From assembly GCF_018977255.1 (NCBI RefSeq), contig NW_024704742.1, forward strand, positions 20,772,001-20,836,000: a DNA stretch of 64,000 bases, read 5' to 3'. How positions within the stretch are numbered: position 1 is the stretch's first letter; each line of letters opens with the position of its first letter. The position numbers and the translations under genes are program-made. Origin of the DNA: Callorhinchus milii. Its lineage: Eukaryota. Below the pieces are notes generated by a model that was not told the origin of the DNA, ran no database searches, and saw only the letters and a program-made list of their open reading frames with translations. Shown piece by piece: positions 1 to 12,385 of this stretch.

Positions 1-43
1 GTTGTCACTGATGCTGTCTGACATGCTGCTCCGTGCAATTATA

Positions 44-110
44 TAGACACCAGGATGGACTAATTGGGCTGAATGGCCTGTTTCTGTCCTGCAACACTCC
101 ACGTAATTCT
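44..110 (+). mobile_element. CR1 LINE 3' tail remnant
   Basis: gggctgaatggcctgtttctgt...taattct resembles the CR1 3' end seen at 35461, 37455 and 56485. Confidence 0.5.
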
Positions 111-273
111 GTGTAATAGCGCTGCCATCCTAGGTATTGCTGTTGCCATTGAATATGAATAACAGTACTACAATTTCAATTATATCCAATGAAGATTTCA
201 GTCTTGCCATTACTCTCTGTGCACATTTGATACATTGTGGGAATGATTCAGCAAGCCCTAGGAGCTTATATAA

Positions 274-339
274 TACAACAACAGCAACTTGCACTTATAT
301 GGCGTCTCAGAGCGCTTAACAGTGACGGAGCCTGACTCG
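274..339 (-). mobile_element. L2 (family A) 3' tail fragment
   Basis: Reverse complement of the (TTG)n tail and gttaagcgctctgagacg; matches the 40380-40463 tail. Confidence 0.7.
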
Positions 340-939
340 TAATGCGTGAGTTTCACAAACCTGACTTTTTGAGCTGCAGTATTGAAAGCGAGCGGAGTGC
401 AAGTTAGCAATGATGCCACCTGATTCTTGGTTATGCTGGCTTGCTTGAATTTTCCCTGAAGTATCAAGCAACAAGCACAACCTTAATGCGGGATCACAGT
501 GCAGGTTTGGTAATCAGCTATCAATATAGATTAGAGTTGCTGAGAGAACAGAAACATGGATGCTTACAGCAGGGTTGTTTGCTTTCGCAGGAAGAAATAA
601 TCACTCAAATCTTAGAGTGGAGGATATCTCACAGTTTCTAACAGTGATGTGTTCCCACTAACCCTTGAATAATGCTTGGAGTGCTGAAACTATGCTATTT
701 CTGGGGCTGTGTTCCTTTAATGAGCACATCTGCACTCTTGGAATCCTAGTTTTTATTAATAAGGATATAGAATATGTAACTAAAGTTGGCATAGTGTTTT
801 TTAGGAAACAGCTTGATACTATAATGGGAAGACAGTAGAGTGGGTATTAATAATCCATAATAATCCTTACATTCAGTAGAGCACCTTTCACATTCAGAGG
901 ACGTTTTAAGGCTATTCAGAGGATAAGCACAGAACAGTA

Positions 940-1283
940 AACACAGCACACAACAATGTCCCATAAGCAGCCAGGATGTGAATTGACCAATTTTATTTGG
1001 GGGATTGTTGCCTTGGACACCAGAAGAAATTCCCGACGTGAAAAGCACTATACAAATGTAATCTTGTTATTGTTGTTGCTATAGGATCTTTAAAGTCCAC
1101 CTGAACAAGGCAGATTAAAATCTATTTACTATCTCATCTAAAAGATGAAACTCCAGCACACCCCCAACCTTCCATTGGAGTGTCAGCCTGGACTATACGA
1201 GTTCAAATTTCCTATGCGGAGCTTGAAACCACACACTACTGACTCTGAAACGAGTGTGCGACCAATTGAGCCAGGCTGACACA
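940..1283 (-). mobile_element. tRNA-Deu SINE, interrupted by a + strand L2 tail at 1034-1080
   Basis: Reverse complement shows ggctcaattggt A box, B-box-like gtttcaagc and Deu core (gttcaggtggac...gatcc; ttatgggacattgttgtgtgc). Confidence 0.75.
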
Positions 1284-1477
1284 CATTCTGAAAGGATGAG
1301 ATCCAATTAACATAGATCATCTTCACCTGAACCTCTCTTGTAGATTCATTTAAAGTAAACTAAATAAGCTATTATATCAGGCTCAATCCATATTACCTTT
1401 GAAAGGGAACTGGAGTTTAAGAGTGAAAGTGGGGTTCATGCAAAAAAGGCGATTAAAACACACAGATAACGATGGCA

Positions 1478-1722
1478 CAAATTAGACAAGTTGGACTCTT
1501 CACTCTTGAAAACTGAAGTCTCAGAGGGAGAGGGACTTATAGAGGTAAACAAGATTTTAAATGGAATTAAGAAAGCGAATGCAGAGCAATGCCTTTAGAT
1601 GCACTAAAACAGTAGAACAAAAGGGCATAGGTTTAAGAATTCAAAATGGCAATTTAAGGTCTGACATCAGGCAGTATTTCATTAACCAAAAGGTAATTAA
1701 CGACTGGAACAGATTACCAAGA
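1478..1722 (+). mobile_element. CR1 LINE 3' ORF2 fragment (host of the L2 insertion; resumes at ~5183)
   Basis: Degenerate CR1 C-terminal motifs (LRGDLIEV.KI, YFINQKVINDWNRLP). Confidence 0.8.
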
Positions 1723-4700
1723 GCTTCTCTGTCGGGAGACAAAGTGATGTCGGCGTGACGTCACAATTTAAAAAAAAATAACAACAACAATGGCCTGGCT
1801 GCCACTGCCATCCGAGCCGTGAACCACACAGCCTACGGGCTGATGCTGTCCCACTGATCGCTCGCTCCCAGTCTCTGTGTGCGTGTTTTGGCTGCCGCCC
1901 TGACCCGAGCCTCCCTATGCCCCTCCACTCTAAATGTCTCTCCTCCCACCCACCTGTATCCCCTACTCCCCTTCTGTCCTTCTCTCACACTGCCCTCCCC
2001 ACCTCTCTCTTTCCTCGACCCTATCACCACTTCCCTCTGTTCCAGCCTGGGCACCCTCTGCCAAGCCCATCGTGACTCCCGGCACTGGCTATTCCAGAGC
2101 AGCAACCCCAAGTGACCCATCATTCACTCCCTCTGCTCAAACCGCCTCCTTAAGGCAAACCCAACTTCCCCCTCCCTCCCCAACTCTCCACTCACACTAC
2201 TCTCCACAACTATCTCTCCTGTACACCCAAAAATCCTCTCCGCATCACTCTCTCTTCCCTCTCAACCCTCCAGCAAACCCACCCGTATTTCCCTCCAAAA
2301 TGTCCGTTCCCTCTCAAACAAAGCCTTCACCAACCACAACCTCATCCTGGACGAGAACTTGACATTCTTGGGCTCACTGAAACCTGGCTCTCCCCCATCC
2401 CCCTAGTGGAAGCCTCCCCTCCAGGCTACACCTTCCATCACACCCCCCGTCCAAGCCAACGTGGCAGTGGAGTGGCCTTCATTTCCAAAGCCTCCCTTGG
2501 TCTTACCTCCTACTCCTCTGGCTGCTTCTCCTCCTTCGAGCACCTCACCTTCTTCCATCCCATTGAAAACTCTCCCATTGAAAATCTTCCTTGTCTACCA
2601 TCCCCCGGCTCCTTCCACACAGACATCTCTGCTCTCCTCTCTGCCCTGTCCCTCTACTCCAAGCACCTGCTCATCATGGGCGATTTCAACCTCCACCTAA
2701 ACTCCCCTTGCACTACTTCTGCCAACTTCACTGCCCTCCTCTCCTCCCTAAACTTCACCCTTCACATAAATTCACCTACCCACAACCGTGGTCATACCCT
2801 TGAACTCATGATCACCCACGACCTTGACATTTCCTACCTCAGCATAGTGGACAAGGCCATTTCGGACTACTTCCTCATCTGCTTCTCCTCTCACATCCCT
2901 CTCTCCTCCACCAAGCCCTCAACCATCCTCTCCTGCCCTTGGAAAAGGCTACCCGCTGAGATCCTCACAAAGGCACTCGCATCATCAAACATTCTATCCC
3001 TCTGGCCTTCCACCCGCGGAGACCCTGAAGCAGCCATCCAGCTGCTCCATGATCGCCGCTCCTCCAACTTAAACTCCCTCGTCCCCCTGAAATCCAGGAC
3101 CATCTCCAAACCCACCCGATCTCCTGGTACAACAACCATCTTCGCTGCCTAAAAGCCCAAACCCGGCTGCTCAAGTGCAGATGGCGGAAAACTGGCCTGA
3201 CAGTTCATCACCAACTCTGGCACGAGCATCTCCACAGCTACTGCCATTCTTTGACACACGCAAAAACAGCTTTCTACTCCAACATCATCTTGGAGGCTAA
3301 ACACAACCCTAAAATCCTTTTTTCCACCACCCACTACCTCCTCTGTGCCCCGCCCCTCAGGCCTCCTCAATCTTCATATCCAATGCCAAGTGCAAGGAGG
3401 TCATGGACTTCTTTGCATCTAAAATACACAACATCCGCCAGGCAGCCTCATCCACCTGCCTCTTGTCACCCACCACCATGCCCTCTCTGTCCCCTTCACC
3501 CTCCCCATCATCTGCTCCTGCCACGACCCCCATCCTACATTCCTTCCTCCCCATCTCTCCTTCCTCCCTCTCACCCACCATCACCTCTATGAAACCACCA
3601 CCTGCTGCCTCGACCTCCTCCCCACCAACTTGCTGGTCACCCAGATCCCCAACCTCTGCCCACTACTGGCTGCGTCATCAACCAGTCCCTCTCCTCCGGA
3701 TCAGTTCCTAACCCCTCAAAACTGCTGTCATCACCTCCCCCCCCCACACCTCAAAAAACCTTCTCCAGATCCCTCAAACCCCAGCCACTACCTCCCTATT
3801 TCTAACCTGTCCTTCCTGTAAAAGTCCTAGAATGGGTTGTTGCCAATCAACTTCATGCACATCTCTCCTCCCACTCCCTCTTCAAACCCCTCCAGTCCGG
3901 TTTACGCGCTGCCCAACGACATCCTCTCTATTTGTGACCAGGGCTCCCTCTGCCTCCTTGTCCTCCTGGACCTCTCTGCCGCGTTCGACACAGTCGATCG
4001 CGCCATCCTCCTTCACCGCCTTTCCTCCATCATCCCCTTCAGTGGGACCGCACTCGTCTGGTTCGAGTCGTACCTCACAAACTGCCAGCAATACATCTGC
4101 ACAAACGGCTTCTCCTCCCGCTCTCACCCGGTTACCTGCGGGGTACCCCAAGGATCCATCCTTGGCCCCCTCCTCTTTCTGAACTACATGCCCCCTCTTG
4201 GGGATGTCATCCGCAGACATGGGGTACACTTCCACATGTACGCGGACGACACCTAACTCCATTTTTCCACCTCACTGTGCGGCCCCCAGTCCCGTGATGT
4301 TCTGTCAGCCTGCCTGTCAGACCTCAGGGGCTAGATGAGCACAAATTTCCTTCAGCTGAACATTGACAAGACAGAAGCCATACTCTTTGGCTCTCATCAA
4401 CATCTAAAATCTCACAGTTCTCACCTCCTCCACCTACTAGACCTCCTCCTAAAACTCTCCAAACCCGTACGCAACCTAGGCATCAGGTTCGACCCCCAAT
4501 TATGTTTCCTCCCCCACATCCAGTTCCTCACCAGCACCGTCTTCTTCCACCTCTGACGCATCACCATTCTCCGCCAATACCTCACTCCAAAAGCCGCTGA
4601 AACCCTGGTCCATGCATTTGTCACCTCTCAGCTGTACTATTCAAATGCTTTCTTCACCAGTCTCCCCTCCACTACCATCCATAAAATCCAGATTATTCAA

Positions 4701-5173
4701 AACTCTGCCGCCCACATTCTCACCCGCACAAAACTCCACTCCCCGATCACCCCAGTCCTTGCCAAACTTGGCTGCCTGTCCCAGAGAGGATCAACTTCAA
4801 GATCCTCACCCTTGTCTTCAAATCCCTCCAATCCTCTGCACCCCCTACCTCTCTGACCTCCTCTCTTCAAAGCAGTGCCAGTTGCCTTCGTTCCTCCGGG
4901 TCTGGCCTCCTCCTAGTCCTCCGCTCTACCTCAGCGCCTGTACCTTCAGCCACTATGCTCCGAGGCTCTGGAACTCCCTTCCTCACTCCTTTCGCCTCCC
5001 CCACTGACTTCCTATTTTCAGGTCTTGGCTGAAGACCTTTCTTTTCGACCGCGCCTTTGGTCACCTTCCTCCCCCTCCGCCTGGCTCAGCCCTGGGATCC
5101 GTTACTGTGAAGCGCTCTGAGACGCTGTCCAGTGTGGAGGGCATTATATAAATCCAAGTTGTTGTTGTTGTTG
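1723..5173 (+). mobile_element. Full-length L2 LINE (family A), ~3.45 kb, TSD ttaccaaga
   Basis: 5' UTR, APE and RT coding region, 3' stem-loop and (TTG)n tail; ttaccaaga at 1714-1722 and 5174-5182. Confidence 0.92.
2290..5060 (+). pseudogene. Disrupted L2 ORF2 (AP endonuclease + reverse transcriptase)
   Basis: [54 protein letters not shown] and YADDT across several frames, with stops and frameshifts. Confidence 0.92.
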
Positions 5174-5281
5174 TTACCAAGAAGAGTGGTAAAACAAGGA
5201 GTGACACATATATATGCCACCTATGCACAGAAATTTTCCTCTGTTGAAATGCAATGCATTTTGCCTGATTAACACCAGACA

Positions 5282-5725
5282 ATATTAAGCAGGTTGACGA
5301 GAGCCATGGCTTGGCACCCGCAGAGTGTGCATTGGGGTACTGTTGGAGTTCAACCAGCTAAAACCACATAGCTTGTACTCAAAATCATTGCCTGGCGAGC
5401 TTCTCACTGATCCCCTCCTCCCTTTCCCCCCGGCTCGGGGTCAGACTCCGCGACTGTCAGCGCTCCAGGATGCTACCCGTGTGAAGGGCGCTGTATCATG
5501 CAAGTTGACGTTGTTGTTGATCGTCCCGCTAGGACCACCTTATCCATTAGGGCTTCAGCTTGCAGGCTTAAAAGGAACCAGGAGGGAAGCAATTGACTGA
5601 TTGACTGATCTGTCCCTCTATCTTATGCTGATCAGCCAGGCTGACTTGGTCTGACAGTAGCAGTGCCCTGGAGTACTGCGGACCCACCTGACCCAGGAAA
5701 CCGACTACTGAGAACCACCACAGAC
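5282..5725 (-). repeat. Unclassified interspersed repeat (family X), split by an L2-like tail at 5410-5519
   Basis: cattggggtactgttggagttcaaccagctaaaa matches 54459-54492 and the reverse complement of 7352-7390; gaaaccgactactgagaaccaccaca matches ~54692-54717. Confidence 0.65.
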
Positions 5726-5744
5726 AGTTTTTTTAAAAAAAACT

Positions 5745-6066
5745 ACACACTCTCCAATGTGCAGCTGGTATGTTAGAGGTGTCGTCTTTTAGATGAGATG
5801 TAAAACCGAGGTCCTGTCTGACTGTTCAGGTAGAAGTTAACGATCCCATGGCACTTCTCATAAAACAAAGGGAGTTTCACCCACTGTTCTGGCCAGCAAT
5901 TCCCATAAAATTGGTCATTTACTTTGTGGCTGGTTGTTTGTGGGTCAGTGCTCTGTACAAATTGGCTGGCACAAAAAACAGACACTGCAAATAGGATACC
6001 TTGTCAAGGTTTTGAGATGTCCTCCCGATGTGAAAGGTGCTTTGTCAAATATACAGATTATTATAT
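5745..6066 (+). mobile_element. Deu-SINE (5' truncated)
   Basis: gatgagatgtaaaaccgaggtcctgtctgactgttcaggtag...gatcccatggcac Deu core followed by an L2-type tail. Confidence 0.8.
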
Positions 6067-6094
6067 TATTCTGCTTTAGTTACTTTAACACTGT

Positions 6095-6222
6095 ACCCTT
6101 CCCTTTCCCCTTCTCTCCTGCCTTGCCCCTCCCTCCTTTCCTCGCAACCCTGAAACTTTAAGCGCTCTGGGATGCTCGGCAGATTAAAGTGAAGAGCAAT
6201 ATACAAATGCAAATTGTTGTTC
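6095..6222 (+). mobile_element. L2-like 3' tail
   Basis: Pyrimidine-rich 3' UTR, aagcgctctgggatg, tatacaaatgcaaattgttgtt. Confidence 0.55.
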
Positions 6223-7231
6223 TTGAACCTGTGACTTCATCTTCTGCTGTGTCAGAGATTCCAAAAGTATTGCTCTGTTTAAATTTTCAATCCCATTTAA
6301 AATCTTCTAGACCTCGGTATGATCCCCTCTGAGACATCTCTTTTCAAACTTAATTAAGATGGATGAGATCAAAGTCTCTTCTCTCCCTGCCAACTCTACA
6401 CCCTTCAACACGCACTGAGTTTAGACAGTCTCAATCATTTATAGAGGATCAAGAAATGATAGATCCATTAAAACAATTATTCAAAACATGTCTCTGGTAG
6501 GCCAGTCAGAGTGAATGACACTTTTCAAATCAGAGTTGACAAGTAGGCGTGTAGCTCAAAAGGAGTTTTAAAGTCAGTACCTGTTTAATAATTAAATAAC
6601 TACAATTTCAGGGAAACTGATCTAGAAATGTTAGCTGAAAAGCTGCCTAATAAGCATGTTTTTTATTATCTCAATACATATGAATGAGTGAGATAAATTT
6701 TGCTTATGATGTGGAGGTGACATTAGGCATTAGTACAGGAATTCTTGTTTACCAGAGATCTAATGTCCCTGAAAACAGATTTAACTATGCGTGTGTCAGC
6801 AGCCATTGTAAAACCTGACTGTTAGAAGGTAATATAGCTTGCTGTAAAACAACAACTTGCATTTATATAGTGCTGCTTATGCAGGGAAGGGTCCCAGAGC
6901 ACTTTATAGCTTGTGGCAATAATGGGTAGTGCTTCTATCCCTTTGGCTACCATGAGATTTTGGTAAACTGGAGGATCTGTATTGGAGCCTATTCTGGAAA
7001 TGTGTCGAACTATTCTCTCCCCAACTAATAAACTTTATCGTATTCATTTATCTTAGCTTATCAATAGCTTAGCTTTCAGTGGTGGAGCAGGGCTACCATT
7101 GTTGACGTTCATGGAGTACAGCTTTCAGTTTTATTTCATATAACAGTGACTTAATTTTAACCTTATTAAGATAATTATCATTCGTATCATCCTTTGAGGT
7201 TAGAATGTGATTTGTTAACATATTGTTTGTG

Positions 7232-7687
7232 GTATTTTATTTGGTCAGTTTGTTGTCTGACACGTATTGAAAACCCATCATCGTACTTAAAAGTATCCAA
7301 ACCAAACTGAGATTCCATAAATGTTTGCCAACTATCAATGGGATGCTTTGCGATTTTAGTTGGTTAGACTCCAGCAGGAACCCCAATGCACACTCTGGGG
7401 TTCCCAAGCCTTGGCTCTTGCCAAGTTGTGCCTAATACGTTCTGGAATTAGCTAAGCAGAATGCATCCCTCCAGGGAGAGAGTGCGCATTCCAACAATCT
7501 ATCTCTCGAATTTCCACGCGTAGGTGGGATGCATGGAATTCTCAGTTTGGTTTGGATACTCTTTAGCATATGGTGATGTGTCAGACACCCAGCTGTCCAA
7601 ACAAAACACACACCCAAAAATTCCCAGTGTCTGTAATGGAGTGTGCACTCTCTTCTTGGAGGGATACAGCCTGCTTATCTAATTCCA
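7232..7687. repeat. Family X locus with interleaved inverted repeats (A'-C-B-A-B')
   Basis: 7232-7319 is the reverse complement of 7533-7610; 7443-7493 is the reverse complement of 7637-7687. Confidence 0.8.
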
Positions 7688-8363
7688 TTTTGATTATCAC
7701 AACAAGTTTTGACTTTATGAAATGTCAATTTGAACCTATAGTAATGTTAAAATTCCCCTTTATCTCCTCCATTTTGCCATTTCTCATTTAAAAAGTATTA
7801 TCAGGAGAGTCATGTTCTCAGTTGGGTGCTTTAAGAGCCAGTGAAAGCCAACATATTACAAGCATCAAGACATTGAGATGCTGATCCTCTTTTATTATCT
7901 TCAATATTTCTGTAAGCTCAGTTTTCAAAATTTTATTTCAAATGGTGACAGGCACAGATATCTGTTATTAAATACAAGAGAAAAATAGGTCTTATGGTGT
8001 ATCAGCCAAACCCTTCCAAATCACTTGGTTAATATAACAACAACAACAATGATGTTATCAACAAATATGCATATTTCAAACAAGTTACTTTTTAAGACAT
8101 TTAACACCATAGTTGAGGTGAAATGATTTAGGAAAGGAAGAATTTTCAAATGGGTTAAATAGTTGATCAGTAATTGTAGTTCCTAGTGAGAGGTCAGATT
8201 GAATTTTGCATAGGGCAGCTGAGGACACTTAACAGGAAATAGTTCTTTACCCAGAGGGTAATTAGCTATTGAAATAGTTACCAGGAAGGAAGGTAAGAGC
8301 CATGTGCACTGCTATTTCCGAAACAGTTTGAGGTTATAATGGGCAGACAATATAATGAGTATT

Positions 8364-8660
8364 AATAGTCCTTATATTTAGTATAACAAATTTAACATTG
8401 GGATGACATTTCAAAGTGCTACACAGGATATTGTCTTAAATGGAGTGAATGTGTATTTTATAGGTGAACACCACAGCCAATTTGCGCACAGCAATGTCCC
8501 ACAAACAGCCATGACGTGAATGACCAATTTTATTTGGTGGGTTGTTGCCCAGACACCGAGAGAAACTCCCTTCTCTTTCCAATGAATCTCATGGGATCTT
8601 TAAAGTCCACCTGAACAAAGCAGATTGGAAATCAGTTTAATGTCTCATTTGAAGGGCAGA
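8364..8660 (-). mobile_element. Deu-SINE (5' truncated)
   Basis: cagccaatttgcgcacagcaatgtcccacaaacagc and catgggatctttaaagtccacctgaac are the reverse complement of the Deu core. Confidence 0.8.
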
Positions 8661-8935
8661 CAGACTTCTTCTGAACGTCTCTTGTGATCCATCAATTAAG
8701 CTGTATAAGTATTCAAGTTACTTGAGTGTTTCATTGCCTCGTAGCCAAGTCATTAAGTGGATAAATAAACAATAACATTGGAGGCATAAAGATGATAAAA
8801 CTTTGGTGAAATCCCTCAGTTCAGTCATTTCAAATTTATTATTCAAGACATTAATAATCTCATTTAATTTGCCAGAATCTTAAATTGATAATTTTTGTGC
8901 ATTTTCATTCCTTGCTCATGTACAATCCAATGTCC

Positions 8936-9332
8936 ATGTTGTCATAGTTGGTAGCACAATTGCCTTTGAGTTAGGAGGTTCAAGCCCCACAGCAGGACTT
9001 TGAACTCACAAGTCTAGGATGACACACCAATGCAGTGCTGAGGATGTGCTGCATTACCATTCTCCAGGTGAGATGTTTAACCAAAGTCCCTTGTGCCTAT
9101 TCAGGTGGATGTTGAAGATCCCATGGCACTGTTTGAAGTAAGAATGGAGTTTCTCCCAGTGTCTTGGCCAACATTCCCCAGCCAAAATTCATGACTGTTA
9201 GCAGGACATTGCTATGCACAAATTGGCTGTCGTGCCCACCTTGAAAAAGTAATCACTACGCTTTACAGTGTATCTTGTGAATCACTTTGAGACATTCTCC
9301 TGACATAAAATACAAGGATTATTTATTATTAT
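8936..9332 (+). mobile_element. Full tRNA-Deu SINE
   Basis: agttggtagcac A box, ggttcaagcccc B box, Deu core, aaggattatt tail. Confidence 0.85.
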
Positions 9333-10756
9333 ATTTCAGATTTTTAACAAAGTTATTGTTCAGGTGCTGAATATGCTTATAGACAGCACTCTGGGTCACT
9401 GCCCCTCGTGAAGGGCCCTGTTTAAATGCAAGTTGTTGTTTAGATAGGGCAACAAAGCTAAGCTTTTGTTGTACAGTATTTCAGATGGCCTAGTTTTAAT
9501 GATGGAGAGGGAGGGGAGCATGTTTCCAAGTGGTTAGAGATCTGTACGTGTCTGACCTCTTCTGGGAGTCGTAGCTTCAAAAAATGGCCATTGTACCTTA
9601 TCTTCAATATAATCGGTGACCCTGGGTGACAATGTTGGGATCAATGTAATGATTTACAAATAACCTAGCTTTAGGTGTCTCCAAAGGAGAAACCCCCTGG
9701 AAAAAAAGACTTCTCTCTTTCAAGGAAGACAATATTCCTTACTTTTTGAATTAGTTTCTTCTTTTCAGACAATCTACATCATCCCTTCAAACATTTTAAT
9801 GGTTTTAGCTCTGAAATAGTCAGTACATCTGGATAAGAGCGAGTCTCAATCGCTAAATCGCTAATATCAGACTATAGGTAAGAATCAACACTTTGTAGAT
9901 TTTGTAGGTTGGAAGATTAAAACTTTCCAGTACCTTCGGGCCGGCTGAAATGTTAATATTGTTTTTTCTGATCCTGTTCTAATGTCATTAACCTATACTG
10001 CCGGATGGTCTGACTTCTTGCCCTTGTCTTCAATAATAAAGCAGCCTCTCAGGCTCTTGGTCTGTTATTATATCCGTGCCAATCTGACTCCGAGCGATTG
10101 CTGATTTCACTTCAGAATTACCAAGGCTGCTTTGGAAGCAATAAATTGACCCATAAATTTGCTAAAAATAGCCTTCAACCAGATCACGATTTTCAATGAC
10201 TTGCATTGAGCAGACCATTCAATAACTAATGGAGGGAGGCATTGCTGGCTCTGAATTTTATTGACGAGATGAACTTTAGAAACAAGGGATGGTAACAGTA
10301 ACTGTCTCAGGCAGGAGTAGTGTAATGGTTCACTTGGCCTATCTCTCAAACTTTACACCTTCCTCATCATTTAATACCACGGATTTTTCTTTAATTCCAG
10401 TCCTTGTTTAAAATGCTTTATTATTCCTTGTTCCATCTACTGTTTGGATAATTTGTTCCATATGCCTTTCCACAAATCTTTCTAGTACTGTAGGTTCAAA
10501 GATTTATATGCTGATCTGGTTTTCAGTGGTTCAGATCTTTTAATAAAGATAACTATTCCTGCTCATAAGTCAAGGTCACAGTTGTTTTGGCTGGTACTGC
10601 AAAAGGCTGAATCCACTTTCTGAAGTTATATGTGAGAGGAAAGGTCTAAGAATCTGATAGAATGATCAGAAATAGAAAAGCAAATTTGGTTTATGCAAAG
10701 AGAATATTGGTGTAAACTCTTTCTAATGGTATGTGTGTGTGTGGATGTGTTTGCAA

Positions 10757-10951
10757 CCACAACAACAACTACAACAAGAATAAATTACATTTGTATAGCA
10801 CCCTTCACATTGGGAGGACGTCCCAAGGCACTGGATTTGGACCCGAGCAGGGGGTTGGGATCAGAAATGGTGGAGGGCAGGAAGGGTAGGGGTAGGAGAG
10901 TGACCGAAGGCGTGGTCAAAGAGGAGGATCTTGAGACATGCCTTGAAGGAG
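10757..10951 (-). mobile_element. L2 3' fragment
   Basis: (CAA)n tail, tgggaggacgtcccaagg stem-loop, end of ORF2 (FKACLKILLFDHAF). Confidence 0.85.
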
Positions 10952-10952
10952 G

Positions 10953-12273
10953 CAACAACAACAAAATTACATTTGTATAGCACCTTTCACATCATGAGGA
11001 CGTCCCAAGACACTGGACAGACAGAGTTATGGACCTGAGCTGGGGGCCGGGGAGGGTGGAGGGTAGTTGGGGAAGCAGGGAGAATCAAAACATGGACGAA
11101 GAGGAGGGTCTTGAGATGGGTCTTGAAGGTGGAAAGGGAGGGGGCGAAATGGAGGGACTGGGAAAGGATTTCCAGAGGTGGAGGTAGAGTGACAGAAGGC
11201 CCGCCTCCCAATGGTGGGGCAAGCGAGGTGGGAAATGCGAAGCAGGCCGGAGCCCGATGAACGGAGGGAGTGAGCAGGATGGTAGCACGTTAGTAGGTCA
11301 CAGAGGTAGAGGGGAGCAAGACCATACAGGGCTTTGAAGGTGAGGGCCAGGATCTTAAACTGTACTGTCTGTGTGAAGCCAGTGGAGTTGGGTGAGGATG
11401 GGGGTGATAGGGTTGTGGAGCCTGGTTCGGGAGAGGACACGGGCTGCAGAGTTCTGGAAAATCTGCAGCCTATGGAGGGGGAAGTTGGGGAGGCCGAAAA
11501 GCAATCAGTTTGCACAGTCGGGCCTCAGTGTAATGAAAGCTTGTATGATGGTTTTGGCGGCCTGGGGTGTGAGACAGTGGCGGGGCCGAGCGACGTTGTG
11601 GAGGTGGGGGAAGGCAGAGCGGGTGCAGGTGTGGGGTAGAAAGGATAGTTGAGGGTCAAACAAGACCCCAAGGTTCTGGGATGACTTAGCAAGGTGGAGT
11701 GTGCAACCATGGATGGTGATGCTGTCAGCTCCTGAGATGAGGAGGTGCTGACGGGAGCCAATCAGGAGGGCCTCGGTCTTGTTGACATTCAACTGAAGAA
11801 AGTTAGCTCTCATCCAGGACTTGATGTCTGACAGACATTCTGTCAGCACAGCAGTGGTCCTGGAGTCAAGGTTGGAGGCAGAGAGGTAGAGTTGGGTGCC
11901 ATTCGCATACATGTGGAAGTTGACCCCATGTCTGTGGATGATGTCACCAAAAGGGAGCACATAGTTATTGAAGAGGAGGGGACCAAGGACAGAGCCCTGA
12001 GGAATGGCACAAGAGACGTGTGGGGGCTAGAGGAGAAGCCGTTTTTGGACATGAACTGCAGGCAGTGAGAGAGGTACAATCTGAACCAGTCAAGGATAGA
12101 GCTGTGAAGGTTAATGTGAAAGGGTGAGGCAGTGGATGAGGATAGAGTGGTCCACAGTGTTGAAAGTAGCAAATAGGTCAAGGAGGATGAGGAAGCAGAG
12201 GAAGCCCTGGTCTCAGATGGACAGAATGTCTTTTGTCACTTTGACCAGGGCTGTTTCTGTGCTGTGTGTGGAT
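10953..12273 (-). mobile_element. L2 (family B), 5'-truncated, ~1.3 kb
   Basis: [34 protein letters not shown] and NFLQLNVNKTEA on the minus strand; (CAA)n tail at 10953. Confidence 0.92.
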
Positions 12274-12339
12274 CGAGGCGAAGGGACTGTGAGATGGAGT
12301 TCCAAAGGAACTCTATGTGAAGGAACTATATGTGAATAC

Positions 12340-12385
12340 ATGTGTGTATCTGTATGCAGATGTGTGTGCGTGTGCGTGTGTACGT
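12340..12385. repeat. Imperfect (TG)n microsatellite
   Basis: tgtgtgtatctgtatgcagatgtgtgtgcgtgtgcgtgtgta. Confidence 0.7.

Noticed and set aside
1833..5064. Many overlapping Pro/Ser-rich and Gly/Glu/Arg-rich ORFs
   Set aside because: Alternative-frame and antisense shadows of the C/T-rich L2 sense strand
7232..7687. Calling family X a DIRS retrotransposon
   Set aside because: The split inverted repeats are reminiscent, but no gag, RT or tyrosine recombinase sequence is present in any copy
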